Source: Octopus sinensis
Lineage: Eukaryota
Length of the DNA stretch: 64,000 nt
Reading direction: 5' to 3'
Assembly: GCF_006345805.1 (NCBI RefSeq)
Contig: NC_043000.1
Location: 148,366,001-148,430,000 of the forward strand
Shown one piece after another: positions 51,434 to 64,000 of the stretch. A model generated the notes under the pieces. That model was not told the DNA's origin. It did no database searches and saw only the letters and a list, made by a program, of their open reading frames with translations. The position numbers and the translations under genes were made by a program. Numbering within the stretch: the stretch's first letter is position 1; each line of letters starts with the position of its first letter.

Positions 51434-51576
51434 CCCTCCTTCTTCCCTTCTTTCCTCCTGAGCGTCCATAATACTTTATTTGTTCCACGTCCTCGCGTTG
51501 TTGTGTTTTTTGTTTTTTTTGTGTGTTTTCCTGTTTTGGATTAACTATATATTATGTATATATAATATATATATAT

Positions 51577-51641
<65 letters not shown>

Positions 51642-52491
51642 TATATATATATAATATATATATATATATTATATAATATATAAATTAAAATAAAACTCAG
51701 GCTGACTGAAACGTTGGTCGATAGACAAAATGCTTAGCAGTATTACTTCCAGTTCTTTACGTTATGAGTTTCAAATATCGCCGCGGTTGACTTTACCTAT
51801 TATCCTTTCAGGGTCGATAAAATAAATATCAGTAGAGCACTGCATCGATATAATCGACTTTGCTCGCCTCCCCGTAAATTGCTAGCTTTGTGCTAAATTT
51901 AAAACCATTATATATATTATTAAAATTGAATTTAATTTAATTAAATTCTGAGTTGTGTCTAGAAAACTGGTTTAAAATCTGACTTTCTGAAAACTGAAAA
52001 TTTCCAGTGTTATAAACAGGAGGAGATTTGTCTAATAAAGGAATCAACTAATTGCTGTTGTTTAAGTCTTGATAAGAACTGTGATAAAAGACATTCTAGC
52101 CATGGCGCAACGAGTAATTTTCAGGTATAATGTACCCCGGACAACATCATTCAATGGAACAATTTTCAAACAGCAGATATGGTTTTAAGGTGATTTAACT
52201 GTCATTTCTTCAGGTAAACCGATCACAAAGGGGCTTTCTCATTACCTCAGTAAATAAATTTGTCATATAGAAGTGTAGCGTCTAAGTAGATACGACGTTT
52301 CACAAACAATTTATTCTAATCTACCGCTGTTTGTTCAGTTGTCGTAAAAATGCCCCGGATGTTGTCGTAAAAGTCAATAGGGATGGCCGTCCATTAAAAC
52401 ATCACTCAACTCTATTTTACTAGCGAAAACAGGCACGTCACAACTTAGGTATTATATGTATGTATGTATGTATGTCTGTATGTTATGTATA

Positions 52492-52524
<33 letters not shown>

Positions 52525-52528
52525 TATG

Positions 52529-52576
<48 letters not shown>

Positions 52577-52594
52577 ATATATATCATGTATATC

Positions 52595-52625
<31 letters not shown>

Positions 52626-52809
52626 TTTATGATCTATATATATATGTATATATATATATTATGTATATATATTATTATTATCTATAATATATCTATATTC
52701 ATTATGTATATATATATATATTATGTAATATATATATTATGTATAATTATATTATGTATATATATATATTATGTATATATATTATGTATATATATATATT
52801 ATGTATATA

Positions 52810-52853
<44 letters not shown>

Positions 52854-53386
52854 TATTATTATATATATAGGCGCAGTCGTGGCTATTGCTAAGAAGCTTG
52901 CTACATGGTTCTGGATTCAGTCCCACTGCGTGGCACCTTCGGCAATTGTCTTCAACTATAGCCTTCGGCCGACCAAAGCCGTGTCAGTGGATTTGGTTGA
53001 CGGAAACTGAAATAAGCCTGTCCTATTTATATATATTTATGTATAAGTATTTGTGTCTGTGTTTGCTTCCTCCCCCACCATCATTTAGAGACCGATGTTG
53101 GCGTTTCGACAGAAGATATCAATGGAATAAGCACCAGGCTTATAAGCCCAGGGGTCGATTTCTTCAACTAAAAAGCTGTACTCCAGCATGGCCACACTCA
53201 AATGACTCAAACAAGTAACAGAGTAAAACAGTAATATATATATATACACACACAGATAAGAAAATAACTTAGCATGAACAGGATAAACTATCTATATTTT
53301 GCGAAAATATTTCTTATCTGTATCTTTCAATACTCTTAACGCTTCTAAATATATGTATATACATATATATATATATCTAATATATA

Positions 53387-53433
<47 letters not shown>

Positions 53434-53651
53434 TATATAATATATATATATATATATATATACATATATTATATCATAATTAGGATTAAATCATTATATA
53501 ATGATTTATTAGCGGCCAGCATACTAAAAATACCATAATGGTTAATTTATATTAAAATTATAATAAGGTTTGTTGAATGATTCCAACACCAGTCTGCTAG
53601 AATAGACCCAAAGGTCTATGAACCATTTAGATTATTATTCCATGTTTTCTT

Positions 53652-54033
53652 TGGAAGCACTCCGTCGGTTACGACGACGATGGTTCCGGTTGAAATCCGA
53701 ATCAACGGAACAGCCTGCTCGTGAAATTAACGTGTAAGTGGCTGAGCACTCCACAGACACGTTTACCTTAACGTAGTTCTCGGGGATATTCAGCGTGACA
53801 CAGAGTGACAAGGCCGGCCCTTTGAAATACAGGTACAAACAGAAACAGAAGAAAGTGAGAGAAAGTTGTGGTGAAAGAGTACAGAGGGATCACCCCATCC
53901 CCTGCCGGAGACTCGTGGAGCTTTTAGGTGTTTTCGCTCAATAAACACTCACAACGCCCCGGTCTGGGAATCGAAACCGCGATCCTACGACCGCGAGTCC
54001 GCTGCCCTAACCACTGGCCATTGCGCCTCCTCC
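53652..54033 (-). mobile_element. tRNA(Arg)-like SINE family C, full length (~380 bp); duplicate at 58731-59112
   Basis: Same head as 29007 copy, different 3' half ending GTAACCGACGGAGTGCTTCCA. Confidence 0.85.
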
Positions 54034-54816
54034 ACATATATACATATATTATGGATATGGATAAGTATATAGTTTAAATTTTAAAATATCTTTTAAATAT
54101 TTCAACTGCAAAGCTGTGGTCATTCTGGAGCACTACCATTGACTGAGCTACACTATTATTTGGAACCTCCTCTAATATGTGGCATTTGGTCAAATGCCGC
54201 CTCTCTCTCACTCTTCCTCCTTGACTCCCTCGTCGCTGACACGTGACGAAAGGGAATCTTTCTGTCCATTTCCTTCCTAAAGACAACACGTGCTTATACC
54301 TGTCTCCTCTCATAATCTCGTCCTGCTAGCGTCCATAATAGTGTTTCTATCGTCTTGGCTTAACAGCCCTCACCGTTTGCTTTTACTGTCTTGTTCTCAC
54401 TGTCCTGTTTTTGTTACCACTTTCACCCTCCGCAAAAAATCCCAAATTTTATTTAATTTGCTTTGAGGGAAGGACTGTTTCAATGAAGTCGCGTATTGTC
54501 CTTGCCTTCGAAACGCGGAGTAGATGAAACAGGGAAACTAAAGAAGGGAAATATCCTTTATGTTGCATGTCTTGTTTCTCTGTTTTTTCGTTGTTCGAAA
54601 AAAAGTTCGTTTTCTACGTTTTTGTTCTTATGTTTTCATTTCTCATTGTGTTCAACAATTTTGATTTCCTGTACCCATATATGCATGTATATATAAATAT
54701 ATATGTAGTTATGTACATATATGTATGTATATATGCATATATTTATATATTGTTTATATTATTATATGATCGAACGCCACGCATCCTTTTCCAATAAGTT
54801 TTATCTCTCTCTCTCT

Positions 54817-54851
<35 letters not shown>

Positions 54852-54875
54852 ATATATATATATATATATATATAT

Positions 54876-54975
54876 NNNNNNNNNNNNNNNNNNNNNNNNN
54901 NNNNNNNNNNNNNNNNNNNNNNNNNNNNNNNNNNNNNNNNNNNNNNNNNNNNNNNNNNNNNNNNNNNNNNNNNNN
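54876..54975. other. Assembly gap (100 N)
   Basis: Run of N. Confidence 1.
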
Positions 54976-55571
54976 ATGGAGATTTACTTTTTCTATTCTT
55001 TTTTGTTTTTGAACACCAGTGAAAAATATTTTCGCATTATAATGACTTCTCTTCTAAGATGGTGATCTGATAGAATCTTAAATGTGCATCGGAAAAATAC
55101 ATTGCAATATATGTTCCGGCACTGTACTTCCTTCATTCAAATCCTGCCGGTGTCATCTTTGGCATTTAACCTTCCGGGCTCGATAAAATTTGATACCAGT
55201 CAAGTAGTACGCTCGATATAATCGACTATTCCCCTCTCCTCAAAACTGCTGCTTTTGTGCCAAAAATTAGAAACAATTACGACTTCTCTTTGAGGCCAAT
55301 TTTTGCATGTGCACTGTTAAGTGCGAACCTTTTGTGAAAGAAACCGCAGAACACTGTGCATTGGTGTAATAATGTTAAGATGGTTACAACTTTTTAAGTT
55401 GTATAGCTATATAGACGCAAGAGTGGCTCTGTGGTAAGTAGGTTGCTAACCAACCACATGGTTCCGGGTTCAGTCCCACTGCGTGGCCCTTGGGCAAGTG
55501 TCTTCTACTATAGCCTCGGCCGATCAAAGCCTTGTCGTGGATTTGGTAGACGGAACCTGAAAGGCCCGACG

Positions 55572-55606
<35 letters not shown>

Positions 55607-56662
55607 ATGTGTTTGACGCCCCCCCAACATCACTTGACATTTTTCTGTTTTAAAACAATGTATCTTGATTGGTTTATGCGAGGTAGCCGAAAACTTCTGG
55701 ACGGCCATTTTCGGTGGTCGTCTCGCATCTTCTCCTCTCATTCAGAACCCCTACTACAAAATATAATGATTAGGTATGGAAATGACTCCAACAGGGCCAA
55801 TGTTTCATCTGTAAAAAACGCAATGCGAAACATCCACTTATAAGTTGGCAATAGTAGAAATTTACAATAGTTTAAAGTGGTCGAAGACTTTTGCACGGAA
55901 CTGTACAATGTGACATTAATGGTCAGAACTTCAAGCATCGTAGATGTCCTAAACACATGGATTTTTCTTTTAATCTCAAACATAGTAAGCTGAACTGCTG
56001 GAATATTTGTATCAAAACTACACATAAACCTGGAATATCAAACGTAAATATTTGTTAAATTTTTTGTTATAGATGAGAAACGAGAGTCGTAAATGGTTCA
56101 AACGTTATCCTACATTTAAAGCTTAATAAGTAAAAAAAAATGTAATTTGAATCCTTGGAACATCACGTCTTCATTATATATATATATATATGTATATATA
56201 AATGAGTAGTGTAAGGTGTGAATTCAGAGAATCGTACGCCACGATTGTATTATACAATGCTGACCATACTTATTAATGCAAACTTGTACGCATTTCTTCC
56301 ATACTGAAATTGATACTGCATGAAGAAGGTTGCAAAACGGCCATAACCTTATGAAAATTACGTGGTTAAATCAATATATATTCATTTCTCATGCCTCCTG
56401 ACTTTATGGTTATGTGACCTTGTGACTACCGCTGGCGATTTTTTTTCCTCTGTCTTCCCTTCTCGGGATCTTTCCTTCTCCTATGTTTTCCGACGAAGAG
56501 CTCCGCTCGAAACGTTAACCCCTCCTTCTTCCCTTCTTTCCTCCTGAGCGTCCATAATACTTTATTTGTTCCACGTCCTCGCGTTGTTGTGTTTTTTGTT
56601 TTTTTTGTGTGTTTTCCTGTTTTGGATTAACTATATATTATGTATATATAATATATATATAT

Positions 56663-56727
<65 letters not shown>

Positions 56728-57570
56728 TATATATATATAATATATATATATATATTATATAATATATAAATTAAAATAAAACTCAGGCTGACTGAAACGT
56801 TGGTCGATAGACAAAATGCTTAGCAGTATTACTTCCAGTTCTTTACGTTATGAGTTTCAAATATCGCCGCGGTTGACTTTACCTATTATCCTTTCAGGGT
56901 CGATAAAATAAATATCAGTAGAGCACTGGCATCGATATAATCGACTTTACTCGCCTCCCCGTAAATTGCTAGCTTTGTGCTAAATTTAAAACCATTATAT
57001 ATATTATTAAAATTGAATTTAATTAAATTCTGAGTTGTGTCTAGAAACCTGTTTTAAAATCTGTCTTTCTGAAAACTGAAAATTTCCAGAGTAAACAAGA
57101 GGAGATTTGTTTAATAAAGGAATCAACTAATTGCTGTTGTTTAAGTCTTGATGAGAACTGTGATAAAAGACATTCTAGCCATGACCCAACGATTAATTTT
57201 CAGGTATAATGTACCCCGGACAACATCATTCAATGGAACAGTTTCCAAACGGCAGGTATGGTTTTAAGGTGATTTAACTGTTATTTCTTCAGGTAAACCG
57301 ATCACAAAGGGGCTCTCTCATTACCTCAGTAAATAAATTTGTCATATAGAAGTGTAGCGTCTAAGTAGATACGACGTTTCACAAACAATTTATTCTAATC
57401 TACCGCTGTTTGTTCAGTTGTCGTAAAAATGCCCCGGATGTTGTCGTAAAAGTCAATAGGGATGGCCGTCCATTAAAACATCACTCAACTCTATTTTACT
57501 AGCGAAAACAGGCACGTCACAACTTAGGTATTATATGTATGTATGTATGTATGTCTGTATGTTATGTATA

Positions 57571-57603
<33 letters not shown>

Positions 57604-57607
57604 TATG

Positions 57608-57655
<48 letters not shown>

Positions 57656-57673
57656 ATATATATCATGTATATC

Positions 57674-57704
<31 letters not shown>

Positions 57705-57888
57705 TTTATGATCTATATATATATGTATATATATATATTATGTATATATATTATTATTATCTATAATATATCTATATTCATTATGTATATATATATATAT
57801 TATGTAATATATATATTATGTATAATTATATTATGTATATATATATATTATGTATATATATTATGTATATATATATATTATGTATATA

Positions 57889-57932
<44 letters not shown>

Positions 57933-58465
57933 TATTATTATATATATAGGCGCAGTCGTGGCTATTGCTAAGAAGCTTGCTAAATGGTTCTGGATTCAGT
58001 CCCACTGCATGGCACCTTCGGCAAGTGTCTTCAGCTATAGCCTTCGGCCGACCAAAGCCGTATCAGTGGATTTGGTCGACGGAAACTGAAAGAAGTCTGT
58101 CCTATTTATATATATTTATGTATGTGTATTTGTGTCTGTGTTTGCTTCCTCCCCCACCATCATTTAGAGACTGATGCTGGCGGTTCGAGAGAAGATATCA
58201 ATGGAATAAGCACCAGGCTTATAAGCCCAGGGGTCGATTTCTTCAACTAAAAAGCTGCACTCCAGCATGGCCACACTCAAATGACTCAAACAAGTAACAG
58301 AGTAAAACAGTAATATATATATATACACACACAGATAAGAAAATAACTTAGCATGAACAGGATAAACTATCTATATTTTGCGAAAATATTTCTTATCTGT
58401 ATCTTTCAATACTCTTAACGCTTCTAAATATATGTATATACATATATATATATATCTAATATATA

Positions 58466-58512
<47 letters not shown>

Positions 58513-59893
58513 TATATAATATATATATATATATATATATACATATATTATATCATAATTAGGATTAAATCATTATATAATGATTTATTAGCGGCCAGCA
58601 TACTAAAAATACCATAATGGTTAATTTATATTAAAATTATAATAAGGTTTGTTGAATGATTCCAACACCAGTCTGCTAGAATAGACCCAAAGGTCTATGA
58701 ACCATTTAGATTATTATTCCATGTTTTCTTTGGAAGCACTCCGTCGGTTACGACGACGATGGTTCCGGTTGAAATCCGAATCAACGGAACAGCCTGCTCG
58801 TGAAATTAACGTGTAAGTGGCTGAGCACTCCACAGACACGTTTACCTTAACGTAGTTCTCGGGGATATTCAGCGTGACACAGAGTGACAAGGCCGGCCCT
58901 TTGAAATACAGGTACAAACAGAAACAGAAGAAAGTGAGAGAAAGTTGTGGTGAAAGAGTACAGAGGGATCACCCCATCCCCTGCCGGAGCCTCGTGGAGC
59001 TTTTAGGTGTTTTCGCTCAATAAACACTCACAACGCCCCGGTCTGGGAATCGAAACCGCGATCCTACGACCGCGAGTCCGCTGCCCTAACCACTGGCCAT
59101 TGCGCCTCCTCCACATATATACATATATTATGGATATGGATAAGTATATGTTTTAAATTTTAAAATATCTTTTAATATTTCAACTGCAAAGCTGTGGTCA
59201 TGCTGGAGCACTACCATTGACTGAGCTACACAATTATTTGGAACCTCCTCTAATATGTGTCATTTGGTCAAATGCCGCCTCTCTCTCACTCTTCCTCCTT
59301 GACTCCCTCGTCGCTGACACGTGACGAAAGGGAACCTTTCTGCCCATTTCCTTCCTAAAGACGACACGTGCTTATACCTGTCTCCTCTCATAATCTCGTC
59401 CTGCTAGCGTCCATAATAATGTTTCTATCGTCTTGGCTTAACAGCCCTCACCGTTTGCTTTTACTGTCTTGTTCTCACTGTCCTGTTTTTGTTACCACTT
59501 TCACCCTCCGCAAAAAATCCCAAATTTTATTTAATTTGCTTTGAGGGAAGGACTGTTTCAATGAAGTCGCGTATTGTCCTTGCCTTCGAAACGCGGAGTA
59601 GATGAAACAGGGAAAACTAAAGAAGGGAAATATCCTTTATGTTGCATGTCTTGTTTTCTGTTTTTTTCGTTGTTCGAAAAAAAGTTCGTTTTCTACGTTT
59701 TGTTTCTTATGTTTTCATTTCTCATTGTGTCAACAATTTTGATTTCCTGTACCCATATATGCATGTATATAAAATATATATGTAGTTATGTACATATATG
59801 TATGTATATATGCATATATTTATATATTGTTTATATTATTATATGATCGAACGCCACGCATCCTTTTCCAATAAGTTTTATCTCTCTCTCTCT

Positions 59894-59962
<69 letters not shown>
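54976..59962. repeat. Copy 2 of ~5-kb direct duplication
   Basis: Begins exactly at the gap. Confidence 0.95.
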
Positions 59963-59964
<2 letters not shown>

Positions 59965-60128
59965 GACGGGCTTCTTTCAGTTTCCGTCTGCCAAATCCAC
60001 TCACAAGGCTTTGGTCGGCCCGAGGCTATAGTAGAAGACACTTGCCCAAGGTGCCCACCCAGTGGGACTGAACCCGGAACCATGTGGTTCGTAAGCAAGC
60101 TACTTACCACACAGACACTCCTACGCCT
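59960..60128 (-). mobile_element. SINE family A 5' half
   Basis: Further partial copies at 50320-50545, 52868-53232, 60345-60680. Confidence 0.85.
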
Positions 60129-60268
60129 ATGTGGATATAATATATGTATATATATGTATATATATATATATATGGACATATATGTATATATGTCTATATA
60201 TATATATATAATATATATATATATATAATATATATCATATGATAGATCTACGGGTATATATATATATG

Positions 60269-60312
<44 letters not shown>

Positions 60313-61100
60313 TGATAGATATACGGGTATATATATATATATTATAGCCTCAGGCCGACCAAAGCCTTGTGAGTAGATTTCGTACAGGGAAACTGGTGCA
60401 TATTTGTGGTGTGTGGTGTGTGTGTGTGTGTGAGCGAGCGTGTGTGTGTGTATGTGTGAGCGCGTGTGTGTGCGCGTGTGTGTGTTTGTGTTTATTCCCC
60501 CCAGCATTGCTTGATAACCAATGTTGTTAAGTTTACGCTTCCATAGCTTAGCGTTTCGGCAAAAGACTCTGATAGAATAAGTACTAGGCTTACAAAGAAT
60601 AAATACTGTGGTCGATTTTTTTCTACTAGCGGCGGTGTTCCAGCATGGCCTCAGTAACATGACTGAAACAAGTAAAGCAATAAAAAAATATGACGTTTTA
60701 TTCCCGAGTTAGGTTGGATATCTTTGCTATTGTTTTTACGTCCTGTTTTTGTCACATTTATTTCCTTGTTTTTACCCCTCTGCAAAGGAATTTTATTTAA
60801 TTCTTTCGCAGGAAGGACTAGTTCGACGAGACGTGTTCTGTCCTCACCTTCGAAACACGCTGGAGTTGAACTAGGGACAGCTGATGAAGGGGATTTTTCC
60901 TTGTGTAGTTGTCTTGTACTCTGTTTTTTCTTTGTTAAAAAAATGGTCCGTTCCATGCTGTTTTTACTTTTTCGTTTCTCGTTGAGTTCTACGTCTATTT
61001 GTGGTGTCCTGTACACACGTATATATATTTATATATGCATGTATATATACATGTAGGTACGTACATATATGTTTGTATGTATGCATATATTTTATTTATT

Positions 61101-61140
<40 letters not shown>

Positions 61141-61559
61141 ATATTATGCATATAACAAGAAAAAAAAAAAAAAAGTTTAATTAGAAACCGCAACAAACTC
61201 AAGACTAAAATACTAACATTATTTAGTCACGTTGCTTTACGTACTTATTCAAATCTTGCTGATCTCCACTTTACCTCTAATCCCTCTGTGATCAGTAAAA
61301 TAAATACCAGTAACGTATTGCATTGATTCTTTTGTTTATATCGAACTTTCTATGCAAATTGGTATTGCATCAAGACAAAATAAATCTGTGTATCTAACGT
61401 TGGAGATTTTTATAGTTTCTGTTACAATCATTGGACACAAACTACTTAATTCTGTTTCATGAAGTTTCAAATTTGGACCATGAGCCATTTCCGTTAGAAT
61501 ATAATTGTATTTTTTCTTCAGTTTAATTCTGATTGTAAACAGATATTTGCAATAACATC

Positions 61560-62540
61560 CGATTACAATCGTTTCAAATTCTGGCACAAAGCCTGCAATT
61601 TCGGGAAGAGTGGCAAGTCAATTACCTAGACCAAGTACTTGAATGATACTTATTTTATCGACCTCGAAAGGATGAAAGACAGAATTTGAACTCAGAACGT
61701 AAAGAGCAGGGAAAAATACTGGTAAGCATTTTGTCCAATGCGCTAACGATTCTGCCAGTTCGCTGCCTTAATAATAATATTGGATTCAAATTTTTGCACA
61801 AGGCCAGAAATTTGGAGGAAGGGGTAAGTCGATCACATCAACCCCAGTTTTCAAATAGTATTTATTTTATCGACTCCGAAAGGATGAAAGGCGAAGTCGA
61901 CCTCGGCGGAATTTGAACCCGGAGCGTAAAGACAGAGGAAATGCTGTTAAGTATTTTGTCCGACGTGGTGACTATTCAGTCAGTTCGCTGCCGTCTGTAA
62001 ATGAACAATATGGTGTGTCTATTTTAATGGCCTATTGATGTATACAGGGAGTCTCTTTGACCAAGGTGTCGAGAAGACACTCGGCAAGAAATGAAAACAA
62101 AATCGAGGAAGAGGAAAGACTAATAATAATATTAGTAAGCCTTTCTGTTATAGGCACAAGGCCTGAAATTTTGGGGGAAGGACGTAAGTCGATTACATCG
62201 ACACCAGTGCGAAACTGGTACTTATTTTATCGACCCCGAAACCATGAAAAGCAAAGTCGACCTCTGCTGAGCGTAAAAACGTAGAAACGGGCGAAATGCC
62301 GCTAAGCATTTTGCCCGACGTGCTAACGATTCTGCCAGTTCACCGCCTTACACAGCTTGATATATTGGTTTCAAAATGTGGCATAAGGCTAGCAATTTCA
62401 GGAGAGGAGGCCAGATGATTATGGATGAAAGGCAAAGTCGACCGCGGCGGTATTTAAACTCAGAACATAAAACAGACGACATGCCGCTAACAATTTTGCC
62501 CGGCGGGCTAAAGATTCTGCCAGCTTGCGCCTTATACGAC
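61560..62540 (-). mobile_element. Cluster of four old SINE family B copies, all in the same orientation
   Basis: Copies at ~61560-61770, 61780-62000, 62140-62350, 62370-62540. Confidence 0.75.
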
Positions 62541-63387
62541 ATAATGTATTAAAAAAAGCATATTTGTACGGGTAAGCATTTCACACACAAAGAAAATGGC
62601 CATTTCACTCATATCACTGATTACTTTTTGCTCCGATCATCTTTTCCAAATTAGGGTTTCAGAATTATCCAGTGAGCCCCACATCCTCTACAACTTTGGA
62701 TCACCTACATGACCTTCAGCAACCATCTTTCTTCAACTACATGGCATTAGTTCTTATCTACTCTTCAACTTACACAGTTTTTGACAACTTTTAAACTCGG
62801 TATCAAATCAAGTGAGCTAAGGTTCTCCTTTCGAATTACTGAAAACACAATCGATCACGTGTTGTTGCGAGTCATCTCCGTATTCACCATCTGCCAGCAT
62901 TGTTCCACGAAGATGACGACTAGTCGAATGCCAGCATTAGTAGCAATGTCTCTGGCTGTGAATCTTGCATTCCTTTTATTCACATACCGCGGAAACAGTC
63001 TGAAGATGGGTGTATGGCGTACATTCTCTAACTGATTCCCCGCCCGATTCTCAATCTTAAAGACAATGCGTGCATTTCCATTTGTCCTATTTCAAGAGAA
63101 TACATTGCTCCTACACATAAACTATGGCTCTCTCTATTTTCCTTTTTGAATACATATGGCAACTCTCTTTCTTATTCGCAACAAAGAGGTGTCGCTTTTT
63201 TCTTACACTTTCATGGATTCATTGTCATTTTCGACATGGCCTGCTAAATTATTTTCCTTCACTTAGAGCAGGCTAATATGAAGGAAGTTCATTTACCCCA
63301 CAACACCAGCATAAGATGAGGCCTCGTCTCTGGTACAAACATCACTGATTTTTTCTCTCATTTAATGTAGCGTTTCCAGTAGCATAT

Positions 63388-63553
63388 AGGCGCAGGAGTG
63401 GCTGTGTGGTAAGTAGCTTGCTAACCAACCACATGGTTCCGGGTTCAGTCCAACTGCGTGGCATCTTGGGCAAGTGTCTTCTACTATAGCCCCGGGCCGA
63501 CCAATGCCTTGTGAGTGGATTTGGTAGACGGAAACTGAAAGAAGCCTGTCGTA

Positions 63554-63593
<40 letters not shown>

Positions 63594-63828
63594 GTGTGTG
63601 TGTGTGGTGTGTGTGTGTGTGTTTGTGTTTGTCCCCCTAGAATTGCTTGACACCGATGCTGGTGTGCTTACGTCCCCGTCACTTAGCGGTTCGGCAAAAA
63701 GAGACCGATAGAATAAGTACTGGGCTACAAAAAGAATAAGTCCCAGGTCGAGTTGCTCGACTAAAGGCGGTGCTCCAGCATGGCCGCAGTCAAAATGACT
63801 GAAACAAGTAAAAGAGAGAAAAAGAGAG
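63388..63828 (+). mobile_element. SINE family A
   Basis: Full-length copy. Confidence 0.9.
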
Positions 63829-63832
63829 TATT

Positions 63833-63866
<34 letters not shown>

Positions 63867-64000
63867 TTTTTAAAGTTGTGTTGCGAATGTCGTGCTTGCG
63901 AGTCTGTTTAATTGTCACGTTGTCTATTTTCTGTTTTTAACATCTGTTTCCAAATTTGTAAAAATTTCTTGGATGACATTTAACTATATTTTTCGCTGTT

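Larger units (their letters stand above)
49874..54875. repeat. Copy 1 of ~5-kb direct duplication
   Basis: Colinear with 54976-59962, offset ~5.08-5.10 kb. Confidence 0.95.

Noticed and set aside
60810-60890. CCTTC-GAAAC..CTGATGA-AGG, possible permuted hammerhead (related sequence at 54460-54550)
   Set aside because: Stems I and III could not be paired convincingly

Overview
Very AT-rich, repeat-dense eukaryotic DNA. It is almost certainly from an octopod cephalopod (Octopus sp.); this is inferred from the tRNA-derived SINE families and the extreme (TA)n/(CA)n/(TATG)n load. Nearly all ORFs in the supplied track are translations of SINEs or microsatellites. The left ~19 kb probably holds a multi-exon host gene on the minus strand: its 5' exons lie at ~17.4-18.9 kb, and candidate exons run down to 1.2 kb, including a duplicated 53-nt exon. 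I could not identify the product. The rest is a transposon graveyard: at least four SINE-type families; CR1, RTE, R4/Dong-like, Penelope and Ty3/Gypsy fragments; Tc1/mariner, hAT and Helitron elements. A ~5-kb tandem duplication around a 100-N gap is probably an assembly artefact. The most interesting structures are (i) several short (TA)n-embedded elements carrying hammerhead-ribozyme folds, mostly with a non-canonical CCGANGA core and arranged as inverted pairs or palindromes, and (ii) two independent four-unit SINE arrays, each flanked by a single target-site duplication. All calls are by eye, without searches.
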